Assembly: GCA_050575255.1 (NCBI GenBank)
Contig: JBNZDD010013718.1
Span: 3,343,098-3,407,097 of the forward strand
DNA length: 64,000 nt
Reading direction: 5' to 3'
Origin: Harriotta raleighana
Lineage: Eukaryota
Position numbers and translations under genes: made by a program. The notes under the pieces are model-generated. The model saw nothing but the letters and a program-made list of their open reading frames with translations. It did no database searches and was not told where the DNA came from. Below are positions 36,478 through 50,176 of this stretch, one piece after another (position 1 is the stretch's first letter; each line of letters opens with the position of its first letter).

Positions 36478-39466
36478 TGTCTGTGAGTTGGGGTGGAGTT
36501 GGGGTCTACATATTGGGTAAATATATAGTTGATAACATAATACAAACATTCAAAAATGGGTATCTGTTGTAATTTCTTATTTTGTAAAAGGTTAAGTCAA
36601 CTATGTCAATGGATTAGATATACTTCAATACTGTCGCACTCTACCCACTTCTAATGGGAGGAAATCACCTGATGCATTGTTGTTTTCTTTTAACCAAAAA
36701 GAAAATCTGTGCCTCAGAGTTTTGCGTAAAATCTAATTGATCCAAATTGGTTGGCTTTGGAGTTGTTCCAGTTGTTTAGAATTTTCTTAGTTTGGTTAAA
36801 CACATGACTGCTGCAATCATTCAGGAATGCTTGAGTTTGTTTGTTTTGCACAGGTTTTACATTTTAAAACACCCAAAGCATGAAGGATACGGAATCGCTT
36901 TCGGAAATTAGAACATCTAAGTTTCAAAGTATTGAATTCCACCCTTACAGCAAGGAGATGAAAGCATGTTGTAATATGTTCTGTGAAGTGTATTCAAAAG
37001 ATTTCTATGGGCTCTATGTCATATTATTTTAGTCAAATGCAGGCTAATTTGAAATATGATCAAGTCTTTGTTTTCCCCAGATTCCCACAAATTTACGTGT
37101 AAAATGATTTTAACTATTTCAGTTACATGGCTGGATACATATTAATATTTAGTGTGTCTATCTGTGTAATATGAGTTTTTAAACTGGGAATCTTTTATCA
37201 TCAATTTTCTCTAGTAGTATTTCTCCCAACCTTGCTTTCTTGAAATTGCAGTTGTAGTTCTTTAATGTTGTCTAAGAATCAATCTGTTCATACCTGATCT
37301 TGGGTCTGCACTTCAGGTGAGATAGTGAAGGAGTCTTAATTATTGTCGCAGTAAAAAATTCTCTACCCTCTGAATTTTCTCATCTGCCAAAGAATTCCTG
37401 TATTTTGGCCAGCGCACTCACTCACTTATTATCCCATGATTGTTAAGCCAGTGGTACAACTCTACAGATGGAATATGATGTTTTTTCATGAATGGATAGG
37501 ATCAATTAGGGGTGACTTTAAATAAAAGCTGAGCGTTGTATGCGATACCATTCAAAGGCAAAACTATCCCGTTTGAGATGTTACTGGTTCAGTCCATCAC
37601 ACTTCTATCCTTTGTGTTTGATCTTCCTGTAATGACACCATTAAAAGCATACTTCTTGACTATTATTTCTATGTTCCAAATATCCTGTAGAATGAGCGTT
37701 GACACAAATGACTAAATTTGTGTATTTCCTTACTATTCTCCCTTGCCCAAATCTGTAATTAAAATGGCCTAAGCACAATCTCAAGACCAAAAGTGCTGAC
37801 GGATTGTGCAATTGCAATGCGAAGCAAAGACTGCACCATTCCCACCCCATCTCCACCCCCCACTCCACCCGCCCACCACCCCTCCACCGACTACACTTGC
37901 TGCCATTCTAAATTATGGAGATTACATAGCATTGCTGGACTTATTTGCAACAAGGCCTGTGGCAGATTTTTNTGTCTGTGAGTTGGGGTGGAGTTGGGGT
38001 CTACATATTGGGTAAATATATAGTTGATAACATAATACAAACATTCAAAAATGGGTATCTGTTGTAATTTCTTATTTTGTAAAAGGTTAAGTCAACTATG
38101 TCAATGGATTAGATATACTTCAATACTGTCGCACTCTACCCACTTCTAATGGGAGGAAATCACCTGATGCATTGTTGTTTTCTTTTAACCAAAAAGAAAA
38201 TCTGTGCCTCAGAGTTTTGCGTAAAATCTAATTGATCCAAATTGGTTGGCTTTGGAGTTGTTCCAGTTGTTTAGAATTTTCTTAGTTTGGTTAAACACAT
38301 GACTGCTGCAATCATTCAGGAATGCTTGAGTTTGTTTGTTTTGCACAGGTTTTACATTTTAAAACACCCAAAGCATGAAGGATACGGAATCGCTTTCGGA
38401 AATTAGAACATCTAAGTTTCAAAGTATTGAATTCCACCCTTACAGCAAGGAGATGAAAGCATGTTGTAATATGTTCTGTGAAGTGTATTCAAAAGATTTC
38501 TATGGGCTCTATGTCATATTATTTTAGTCAAATGCAGGCTAATTTGAAATATGATCAAGTCTTTGTTTTCCCCAGATTCCCACAAATTTACGTGTAAAAT
38601 GATTTTAACTATTTCAGTTACATGGCTGGATACATATTAATATTTAGTGTGTCTATCTGTGTAATATGAGTTTTTAAACTGGGAATCTTTTATCATCAAT
38701 TTTCTCTAGTAGTATTTCTCCCAACCTTGCTTTCTTGAAATTGCAGTTGTAGTTCTTTAATGTTGTCTAAGAATCAATCTGTTCATACCTGATCTTGGGT
38801 CTGCACTTCAGGTGAGATAGTGAAGGAGTCTTAATTATTGTCGCAGTAAAAAATTCTCTACCCTCTGAATTTTCTCATCTGCCAAAGAATTCCTGTATTT
38901 TGGCCAGCGCACTCACTCACTTATTATCCCATGATTGTTAAGCCAGTGGTACAACTCTACAGATGGAATATGATGTTTTTTCATGAATGGATAGGATCAA
39001 TTAGGGGTGACTTTAAATAAAAGCTGAGCGTTGTATGCGATACCATTCAAAGGCAAAACTATCCCGTTTGAGATGTTACTGGTTCAGTCCATCACACTTC
39101 TATCCTTTGTGTTTGATCTTCCTGTAATGACACCATTAAAAGCATACTTCTTGACTATTATTTCTATGTTCCAAATATCCTGTAGAATGAGCGTTGACAC
39201 AAATGACTAAATTTGTGTATTTCCTTACTATTCTCCCTTGCCCAAATCTGTAATTAAAATGGCCTAAGCACAATCTCAAGACCAAAAGTGCTGACGGATT
39301 GTGCAATTGCAATGCGAAGCAAAGACTGCACCATTCCCACCCCATCTCCACCCCCCACTCCACCCGCCCACCACCCCTCCACCGACTACACTTGCTGCCA
39401 TTCTAAATTATGGAGATTACATAGCATTGCTGGACTTATTTGCAACAAGGCCTGTGGCAGATTTTT
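36478..39466. repeat. 1494-bp direct duplication (36478-37971 and 37973-39466) split by a single N; probable assembly artefact
   Basis: Identical ORFs at offset 1495; N at 37972 lies exactly at the junction. Confidence 0.9.
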
Positions 39467-40004
39467 GGAGGTGAAAATCAGACCTGAGTACTACAAAGGT
39501 CAACCTGTCGCTTACTTTCAACCTTCCCCTTCACCGCATAATGCACACAAACACACACACTCGCACGTACATTGCTCCCACTTTTATTGCTGCTCTGAAC
39601 AAGTGAAATTGGAAAATTACTGAATAGGAAGCAAATCTTCCATTTGTTCCTGTACTGTAAGAGAGTCTCCGCTGACACTGCTTACTCAATTTGTGCTCAG
39701 ACAAACATTCCGCTCCCTCTCTTTTGATATTTTCTATGTTGCAAATTCCTTCATCACTCAAGTGTGAGGCTGTAGATTATCATAAGTATCTTTGATGTCT
39801 GATGTCAGGTATTTACCAGCAGTTTAGCCTTAAATCCAGAATACCGGTACTTCTGATCTGAACCGGTAATTCTCCATTCAGCTGTCAATGGTGAATTTTT
39901 GGGAAGCCAACCATCTAATTTTCCTAAATCAATTCATAGAACTAAATAGTCATGTTAGTTTCATTGACAGGTAAAATGTGTTACATTTGAGGCTAATAAA
40001 TCAC

Positions 40005-40412
40005 ATAATAGTCCTCGCATTTGCTATAGCAGCTTATCACACCATCAAGATGTCTCAAAGTGTTTCACAGGATTCTTACTGTAGTGACTATGGATTTGTT
40101 GATGACTGCACAGCAATATTCCACAAACAGCCAAGAAGAGAGTGACCTATTTTATTTGTGGGATTGTTGGCCAAAACGGCAGGAGAAATTTCCCTCTCTT
40201 TTCAAGTAGTGTCATGGGATCTTTAAAGTCCATCTGAACAAGCAGGCAAGGTCTCAGATTTACATTTCATCCAAAACATAGCATCCAACAATGCAGCACA
40301 CCCCCAGCACTGTATTGGAGTGTCAACATAGATTATATGGATTCAAAATCCTGATGTGAGGCTTGAACCCATAACCTTCTGCCTCAGAGGCGAGTGCTAT
40401 TCGGCCTTAGCT
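40005..40412 (-). mobile_element. Near full-length Deu-domain SINE
   Basis: Tail, Deu core (GTGTCATGGGATCTTT...CATCTGAACAAGCAG...AATGCAGCACACCCCCAGCACTG) and tRNA head (GGCTTGAACCCATAACCTTCTGCCTCAGAGGCGAG), all on the minus strand. Confidence 0.85.
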
Positions 40413-42591
40413 TAGGCACCAGTCCTTTTTAAGAACTGTAGAAGAAAACAGCTTCCAAATTGAAACTGAATTTAAAATGTTTCTACAATTATGGATGATA
40501 ATACATTTTAAGCCAAATTGATCTTGCAAGCTAAAATGAGGTAGAATTTCAGGCCTTTTGTTAAAAGAAAAAGTAGGTACAAATAGATCTGTAACACTGG
40601 ACCTGGGCTTTCCATGAGCTTTCTAAGCTTTGCAGTTTCATCAGGTTTTTATTTAACCCATTTCTTCCAAAGGAATCCCCTCTTGTTTGTAGCTTTTAAG
40701 CTCACTTTCATCTCCAACTGTGGGTGGCGTGCGGCTTAGAATGGACTACTTTTGACATGTTATGCCATCTATTATTGCCATCGTAACTGTCATCGCTGGA
40801 CTCCAGAAACACAAGCGGAGAACTGTTTAATATATTTTGATGGAAGTTCTGTTTTTTTAATTAACAAGCAGGTCTAAGCCACTTTTGTTTATCTGCAGCT
40901 TTAAATCAAAGAAATTAAAATTGAATCTTGGCCTGAGGCAGAAATTATGTTTTAAAGTTATTATTACATGTTAAAAGCTGGCTGTACTGCAGGCTAAATA
41001 AAAAGAAACAAGCACTCAGGGGATTAGTCGCATTTAAAAGCAGACCCCATTTGGATCAGACTAACTGGACCATAACTATTTTTCTGTACACAGTAAGAGT
41101 CCTTCTTTGTGGCTTTTTAATAACTAGCTTTCCCAGCTTCTACCCCCAAGAGCCTTTTCATTTCTGCTGCGTTACCTACAAGCAAATGTCTTCAGTTGCT
41201 CAACACGCTAATGCCTCTCTTTCTTTGCTGTTGAAGCATTTCATTGCTGTTTCATTGACTGGGTGGTGTTTTATTACAGTGGAATCAATAGCAAAGACTT
41301 CTCAACCCAGCGATTAGCTTGTCACTCAGAGCCAAGGAGGAGAGGCCACGCAAATCCCAGAACACCACAGGGCCACCAGCGAGGAAAGCCAGAATACAGA
41401 GGTCTAATGTCTTTCCTTCTCACCTGTAATTCAAAAACTAATATTAAAGCTGCAGTGTCAAATATTGAGGCAGTCAATTTTAAAACGCCAGTCACCTCAG
41501 AGATGTTTCCTGACTTCAGATGGGTTCCATTTATGCAGTCTTTTCTAAATGAATCCTAAATAAAAATCACACCTCATCTCTTGTACATCACATTTTCTCC
41601 GATCCCATACAGCCACGGTAACTGAGTTTGCGGGTTTATTATCACACACTGCATCTTATCTCAAAACAATCTTTGCAATTGAGTCCGTGCCAGTGATGTT
41701 GAAAAGCCTAAAAAGCATTTTACATGTAATTGCTGTAAAGTGTAGTAACTGTGCATTTGCATGTCAATGGGGCTGCTAATTTGTGCACATCAACATCCCA
41801 TGGAGATTATAATATCAAAATCATAGCTTGTGAGATTGTTGAATAGTTCTGTTGCATTTTCAATTTATAATAATGATTTAACCCTGTGCTGCATTTTCAG
41901 TGTATATATTTTAATTTAACTCCATGCAATATTTGCTGTAGAATGTGCAAACGAGGGGAAAAAAACTGTTTTGTAATCTTATTTTTGACTAAATTGTTTT
42001 GCTGCACTAATAATAATCTGCACCTTTGACTCAACATTGCAATGACACCTTGAAGAGCTTCACAAGATTGATGCAAACTGTAGCTACTATGTATTTCGTA
42101 GGCAAGGCAGAGATCAGTCATACTAAAATAATGATTAACCAAGGAGAGCATCACACCCAGGTCAGACAGAAATAATGCTAAATCAAATTTTCCACTTTGA
42201 AGTCAATAATATGGAAGTAATGATTCCTCACCTGCTTTGCATCATACACATATTATAATTTGAAACTGAAGAGCCTCCGCTTAAATTGACAACAAAAGAG
42301 TCCTCATAAGATTGGGACTTCCATGCAGTTTGCTCTTTAATATTGAAAACCAACATCAATTATTAAAATGGTTCCATTATAGAACATTGTACTATATTAT
42401 CCAGCAAGCAGGTTTCACCTCTTTACATGAAAATCTGCCAGTTGCAACTTCCTTGTTCATATTATTTATAAACTCCACTCGCATTTTAGTTTGTCAGCGT
42501 AATTGGGAGGCCTCTGCAAGGAATCCCGGGAGAAATCCCACCAATGTGCGGGATCTCAGCTCTGGAAATAGATCCTGTTGGAGCTGGGTTC

Positions 42592-42650
42592 AACAACAAT
42601 AACAACTTGCATTTATATAGCGTTCTTCATGTGAGATATTATCCCGGCTT
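42592..42650 (-). mobile_element. Short L2-type 3' end
   Basis: (AAC)n-TTGCATTTATATAGCG. Confidence 0.6.
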
Positions 42651-42789
42651 CCCCGGGGGTCGAGGTTTTGCACATCTAGTGAGCAACAATTGTTAAAATT
42701 TCTGTTTTCTGGACTATATACTCTGCTTTCCTTTCAGAAATAAATAGTTTAGGCCAACACTCAAACTCAGTGCTGGGGTGATCACTTCA

Positions 42790-42940
42790 TGGCTGTTTGT
42801 GGGACATTGCTGTGAGCATGTTGGCTGTTGAGTTTACCTACAAAATACACAGCGACCACACTTTGCATTAAAATCCTCCCAGACGCTTTGAAACATCATC
42901 CAGATGTGAAAATTGTTATATTAAATACAAGGATATTTAT
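42790..42940 (+). mobile_element. SINE 3' fragment
   Basis: GCTGTTTGTGGGACATTGCTGTG...GCTTTGAAACATC...AAATACAAGGAT. Confidence 0.75.
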
Positions 42941-45024
42941 TCATAAACCATGGCAAGGGAACACATGAAAACATACTGGAGAATGGATAAGTATGTAAAT
43001 CATAATTGTGCAAATCTTATTTCCCTGCCTTCTCCTCATCCTGCTGACAGACATTTGGAACTGATTAACATGTTAACTCATGTCAGCTCACATTACAGCA
43101 TACAATATAGTAATAGAATGCCGAATAACCAAACTTTACACCAAATACAGTATTTCAGTATTAAAAAAAACAAATACCTCTAAGCTATAAATTTATTAGG
43201 CATGAATTTACTGAAACCTGTTTGTTATACCATGAGAACTACATTTAAATAAATTAGATTGTAAAAATGTTTCAGTGAAAAATGCAATTGTTCCTAATAG
43301 TTTCAACAGGCTAAACATTCACATCAAATCTGTAATGAAACTATGCATGTTTCACCCCTCTATAGAAAATAGATGATTGGTAGGAATCTCTGACAACTAC
43401 ACAAATGCTGCCAAAAGAAGGTAGCAATTGGTTAAAAACAGATCTGAAGTGAAATAATGATGAAGCATTCTGCTAATTTGATAATAGGATCAATAATTTT
43501 AAACCTTGTGTCTAGCTCTTTCTGAAATAATGATCAAATAATGCAGGATGTTGGTTATTTGTTTATTGAACATGTAAACTGATACACATAAATTTTTAGT
43601 TTTAAACAGGATATTATGTAACACGATAAAGTGCGTTTGTGTTTATATGAGCGTCATATAGCAATTGCTTTCCAGATTTGTTTTTACTATCTTCACAATG
43701 GATATGCGGAGCTGAAAATTAATTGCACTTTTGGCTAAAAATTCGTATTCTATTTCAATTGAATGAAACAACAAAGAAAGCAAATTTTAGCATATCAAGT
43801 AAATTATTTCTATTAGTTTTTTTGAATCATCTGATATCCAATTGACTGTTTTTACAGTCTCATCAATTAAAAATAATTGCTTTACAGTTATACCTCAAAG
43901 ATATTTACTTAAAAGAATGCAAAACACATGCCTGTGGCTTGTAACCACCAAATAAGGTTTTTATTAAAATCAGACATGCACGAATGCCTAGCCAACTGCT
44001 TTCAACAGCAAATCAGAGCTGCAGTGAAACAGCACTGGCACTAATAAGTGAAAAGACAAACTAAGCTTGTTCTACGCAAATAAGGTTCGTAAACCCATGG
44101 CATCAGCACAACTGATATTGATATTGTCGAAATGTTCTGGAACAGTTTAAAACTGAAGTTCTCAATAACTTGCATGCCCAATTTAACTAAGTGTAAATGT
44201 ACGCAATGCTCTTTTAAGGCTATTGACTGAAGAGCATTAATGGAACCAATCCAATATGGCAAAAGCAATCAAGTTTTTGCCTTTATGAAAATAATTCTGG
44301 GGCTGAACAATCGTATTGCACCATTGTTTTGAACCATCCATTTGAAACAATGAGACTGAGCAATACAATGTTTGGCAAACGATACAGGGAAAAACTGTTT
44401 CAATTGTGCTATTGCTGTGATAATGAAATAATTATTTGTTTTTAGATGGTTAGTTTTGTTTCAAGCTTTATAGTGCTTTTTCATCCTCCAACGCATATCT
44501 AGTATAGTACTACAATGTTGTTTCTCACTGTGCAGTTTGTTTACAGAACTTTACTGGTTTGTAGAGACCCGGCAATTGAATTGTTTTTTTCCTTAAGCAA
44601 TACACTATCAATTAGAAAGTTGTAGATTCTGGCTGTCACTAATTTACCTCCCTTCATTTGCGTGAGGCTCTTGAAGTCTTAGCCTGACTTCAAGTTTTAT
44701 TCCAACAAATTATCATTGAAAACTCAGAACCAGTTTATATTCTGTTTTGTCTCAATATTTGATTGTAACTGTTTCCAATCAACAACACGTATACAATATT
44801 TGATATAGACATCAATACAGTTGCCTTATTAAACAATAGATGCAGTTGGAAAAAGTAGCCAATGTGACTGTTGGTTATACAATACATAAGTGTGTAAAAA
44901 CACTTTGAGATGTTCTCCCAATGTGAATAAGCTATATAAATGTAAAATTGTATTGTTTCGATACTGTATGCCATAAAATAAATTCTCATCTGGCATCTTG
45001 ATTTGTGGTTTCCTAGCACAACAC

Positions 45025-45430
45025 CATGAAATCATAGCTTTTTACAAGACAGAAGGAGGCCGTTCAGCCTGTCATGGCTCTGCCAGCTCTCTGGTCCAGG
45101 GCACTTAGTCCAACTCCCTTGCCTTTTTGCTGTTTTTTCTGCGTTTGCCTACAAAGTATACAGTCGCTACACTTTAGTAAATCCTGTAAAGCGCTTTGAG
45201 ACATCCTCTGATGTGAAAGGCACTACATCAAATGAAAGTGTTATTATTGATTTTTGCAATACATTCATATGTTTTGGCTTCTGAAGTTTGTTTAATTTCC
45301 TTTTGAAAAGATACACTGGATCTGCTTCAATTCTTGTTTTTTAGCAAAGTACATAATACCTAATACCTGTGATAATCTCTTTTTTTAAACAAAATAAATC
45401 CTAAACACATCCTTTATATTCTTGGCAATG
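45025..45430 (-). mobile_element. CR1 3' remnant interrupted by a + strand SINE tail (about 45135-45250)
   Basis: ACAGAAGGAGGCCGTTCAGCC is the reverse CR1 terminus; GCGTTTGCCTACAAAG...AAGCGCTTTGAGACATCC...TTATTATT lies inside. Confidence 0.6.
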
Positions 45431-46199
45431 ATCTCACATACACTCTTAATACTGACTCACTGCCCAGTGGTCATAATTTTCCATATTTACCTCAGCAAAA
45501 GCCCTGAAGATTTTTTTGAACACATCATGTGCTATTTTGTTTATAACCTTGAAGATTACAGGAAAAACATTCTAAGCAATAGGGATAATCCTTTGAAGAT
45601 TAAATCATTGATCACTATACTACACAGTTCTTAGAAAATGTTTTTTGTGTTCCAAAATAAATACATGTTTAACATTTGCATTAACATTGATATTTTAAAG
45701 ATATGTTGATTATTCGCCCACATGATATATTGTCGATTTGCACTTTCCAAGAAAATTCCTGTGAAGCTCTTTGAGACTTCCCTCTCTTATCAAAAGCTTC
45801 ATATCAAATGCAAGGATTATTTTAATAATAAATTTTTCATACAATATACTGTATATTTTAGTCACTTGATACCCTATTCCATTTTCACAGATTTTTAAAA
45901 AAATGTACCTTGCCTGAAAATATGAATATGGCTTAATTTATGTTATGGCAACTAAGGACCATTGAGTGAATGAACTGCAGTGCAACTTTATACCACCCTT
46001 CAGGAGGTATGTATGCATGCTTTGTGGGGGTAGCAGGTGGGGGAAGCCATGGGAAAGAAAGGGGGAGTCACGAAGGGTTGGTGAATTTGTTTTCCCATCC
46101 TCCTTTAATAGGAAAAGATGTTTGAACATTACCTTTCATCGACAGCAAAACTGAGGTGATGGATTCAGTGAGACGAAGAACTATTGACAGTAAACATCC

Positions 46200-46317
46200 A
46201 CTATTCGCGCACAAAGTATTCAGTCAATTCACTTTACAGTATATTCTGTGAAGCGCTAGAGACGTCTCGAAGATTTGATAAGGCACTATATCAAACACAA
46301 GGATTAGTATTATTATA
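46200..46317 (+). mobile_element. 5'-truncated younger SINE tail
   Basis: CAGTCAATTCACTTTACAGTATATTCTGTGAAGCGC is essentially identical to the full copies. Confidence 0.85.
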
Positions 46318-48854
46318 AAACCATTGTCCTGACATTTTGGGATTGAGTAGTGTGGTGCCTGAATCTGCTCCACATTCAGTGATACACACTTCCACACTTT
46401 CAATCCTAGCAGTTTTCCCTCACTAAGTTGGGCATGAAATCTTATAGAAGACATTATTGAACATTTCAACTTTCCATGACCTCTGAGGCAAATTGGTGGC
46501 AATCTGCATGCTCAGGCATTTAAAGAAATGATAAATGACTACTTTTTAATCAATTAGTCAAACATCTGACAAATGTTCCAGCTGTAGGAAAAGAAGCATT
46601 TTCAACAGCTTTAATAGTTCTGAAATATTGTTCCTTCACTCACAAGGGATAAACAGCAGTTTAAGATTGCTCGCTTGTATTTCAGTCGGTGTGAATACAA
46701 AAGCTAGTGCATATGGTGCTAATTAGGAGTTTAAATCTGGAAAGGCTGATTAGTGGAAGGAGATGATCGTTCTTTTGGTACCTCATTTATTGCCCATCCA
46801 TGTTACGTTTAAATGGGATTTGTATGTGCAACACAGCAGTTGCATTATCATGGCTGAAAGGGGGAAAATGTTGCCCTCATTTGGAGGGGGAAATAGATGA
46901 GAAGAGGTTTGCCTTCAGTCTCCAGGCTACATAAGAGCTGCAGTTTGTGTAAAGATGTTGTGGCAGGGTGCGAGGAAGGAGTTTTTTTTATTAAAAAAAA
47001 TTCAACGCTGAACGTACTAATAGCAACAATTTGAAACCTGCCCTCTAGAGTGCTTTACCAGCAATGGAATGAATCTCTTCTCTGAGAAACAGCTGTGTTT
47101 CAATGGATAAGGGAGGATTCCTGAAAAGAGACAGAAAGTACCAAGGCGGCATTGCTACCTAAACTGACAAAGAGCAAGCTTTCAAATGAGTGCTGATTTA
47201 CTAACATGTTACATTGATGCACTTATATCTGCGCGAAACTACCACTCAACGTGTTACTCAGAAGCCTGTAAACTACTTTACTATCCTCGAGTCCTTACGG
47301 TACTTTGGTTCGCTTCCAGGTAATGGAGCTAAACGTGACTGGCCTCAGTGGATAGTCCTACTCAGACAATTACAGTGTCACAGTGGTCAAATTATGGTAA
47401 CAGAACTTTTCAGCAAGAGGACAAAGAGGCCTCACAAATTGATGTGTAAAGTAAGTGTGAACATTAATACAATGATATTAAACCTGTAGGCTACAGATCA
47501 AGTGTGCAATACAAAATGTTAGACAACTTGGAATTCCAAAAATCAAGCTACTGAAAACCGCATACTCATAGAATTAATACCAACAGCTTAACAATGTTTG
47601 TTAAGTATTATTTTGCTGAATTAACAACTTTTTGTGCTTTTCATTATATTGGAATACAGATCATCATTTCATTGAGGCGCCTAAATTGTCTACCGAAGTT
47701 ATCACTCATGAAGTTCGGTTTTATTTTACTGTACTTGATTTTATATTTTAGGCCTTACGGAAATTCAATAATCATTTTAATTCTAACATTCACCCATATA
47801 GTACACAGTCATTCCACTTTGCAGTATCTCCTATGAAGCTCTTTCAAACATCCTCCTAATGTGAAATATGCTATACAGTACCAATTTACAAAATATGACT
47901 ATCTTCATATTCATAAATATCATAACTTTATCATCATTATTGTTGTATGTCCTACTAACACACACTGCTGAAGTTCTGGGTGGATATCTGAAACTAATCC
48001 AAATAGCATAAAAAAGGGTAGATTTGATTAGGTCACAAAATGAGCACATTCCTTTCTCAATCGCTTTTTACACGTCAGTTAACCTAAGTGGCTCATACTA
48101 GTTCTGTGTTATCCATTGTGGAAAGACGTTAAATTCCTGCTGAAACTTTGTTCATGAATGAAAATATTCACTGCTCTATGCATCAAAATAGATCAATCCT
48201 GTACTTTATTTTAAGAACTGGATTGTTTCATAGTGCGGTTTCTGTATTAGTAATAAGGCTGAATAACACTGAGAATATAATCAGGACATAAATATATTGA
48301 GGTTCTGCTGGAAATTAGCAAATATATTTTCAAAAACAACAGCTGATTAATAGGTACAGTTGTGCAAAGAGATTCGTGACTTTAAAGTGTCAAAGCACTT
48401 GTGTAAGAATGGTTGCATTCAGTATGATGCTGATTAATGAGCCAGCATTGATGGCTGGGAACTTTATGACCTATAGAGTGTTAATACTAACTACACTGTT
48501 AGACTAAATAGACCAAAAGTTACCTTTTAACTTTTTATATAAAAAAGTGATCACATGTTTTTACTTTTTTACCAAGACTTGTTTGTGAGACTCCGTACAG
48601 CTGGATATTTAGAATGAGAGAAAACAAGAAGGATTACAGACAGCTCACCATTAGAATTCTCTGTACCATACAGAACATTTTACCTTTTAAAATGATGGCA
48701 GCATTACAATTAAAAGCGCTTGCTGAGGTATGGGGGAAGAATGCAAATGCTTCCACTATTTGAACTGCTTACAAACAAAGTAGGACTGCTTATCAGCATC
48801 AAAGTGAAACTATATCATAAAGAAATTGACCTTCGAACCTTGTTAGTAATAGAA

Positions 48855-49010
48855 TAACAATAATAATAATAATAACAATCCTTGCATTTGATGTGGAGCC
48901 TTTCACGTCTAGAAGAACTTCACAGAAAATTTGGTTGAGTGAAGTGACTGTTTATTATGTAGACAAATACGGAAGCCAATTTGCCCACAACAATGTCCCA
49001 CGAACAACCA
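48855..49010 (-). mobile_element. SINE 3' fragment
   Basis: (AAT)n-CCTTGCATTTGATG...GCCAATTTGCCCACAACAATGTCCCAC. Confidence 0.8.
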
Positions 49011-50104
49011 CGTAGTTGACTAAAACCCATTAGCTATAATAATCATCACCATGGGCTTGCTTACTGTTCACTTATCAATACCAATATATCTAATTTTGTC
49101 TTGTATTGTTGTACATTCAAAGCAAGATTCCTATACACTTGAATATACCTTTTAAAGAAAGAAAACAATAATTTAAAAAAGTGTAGTCTGCCTCCTTCCT
49201 CCACATTGAAACCTCCGAAATTATTTCTACTTGTCTTTTATATTGAAAGATTCCCTGTATCTTTATCTGAAGATTAACCGGAGCTATTTAAGAGATTTTT
49301 TTTCAGCCTACGTGTTTCAGAGCTCCCATTTCTTTGCTGAAAACATGTTGCTGTTTCCGTGTTAAGGGAAATGAAAGATGTATTTTTGCTTGCGAGGCAG
49401 GTGAAGGGAGCAGCCAAGGTCACCGGCTGTCACCAGGTGCTGTATTTGAGTAGCAATGCCCTTGTTTCCACAACACCACCCATAAGCAACAGCGCAGTAA
49501 ATCTATTGTCATTAAACAGTGGGAAGCCAGTTTTTGCTGGCAATGTGCCCCCATTGTGAACTCAGTTGGCATTGCACAGAATGCAGAAAGCTAGGCAGTT
49601 CTTCGGCCAATAGACCCAGCAAACTCCTGTTGACTAATTACAGTTTTGTTTTAACCTTGTTAATATAATGCTACTTTCTGCATAGGAAGGTACAGGTCAC
49701 TTCAAATTGGTTTTACAGGCTTACCATGACTCCTCCTTCTACACACGCTATTATTATTTGAATATTGAAGTGATGATGGCGTACCAGGTTGACCCATACC
49801 GGTAGGTTTTCTCAATAAAAGGACAGAACTATTGCGACATTCAGGGATGTTGGAGGCAAACGCTTGATAACAGCACGGTATCATTTTAGTGAAGTCAATG
49901 CTTCTGGAGCTGTCTCGTGCAGGCTGCATATTGTTAACATTTTAACTTTTAATTCTGTAAATGTTTTACTCTGCTGTGTTAGTGCCTTTGTTCATGAATT
50001 GCACCTGCTTTACTCAGGGTTGGTTCATTTTGGAATGCGATTTGTCACATGAAAATACAGGCAAAGTAGTGTAGTGGCACGTCACCTCTAGAAATATAAA
50101 CCTA

Positions 50105-50176
50105 ACCTTCAGCACTCTGAGACACTATCCTGCTTGACGGGCACTGTGTAAATGCTTGTTGTTGTTGTTGTTGTTG
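50105..50176 (+). mobile_element. Short L2-type 3' end with (TTG)n tail
   Basis: CAGCACTCTGAGACAC...TAAATGC(TTG)n. Confidence 0.55.
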
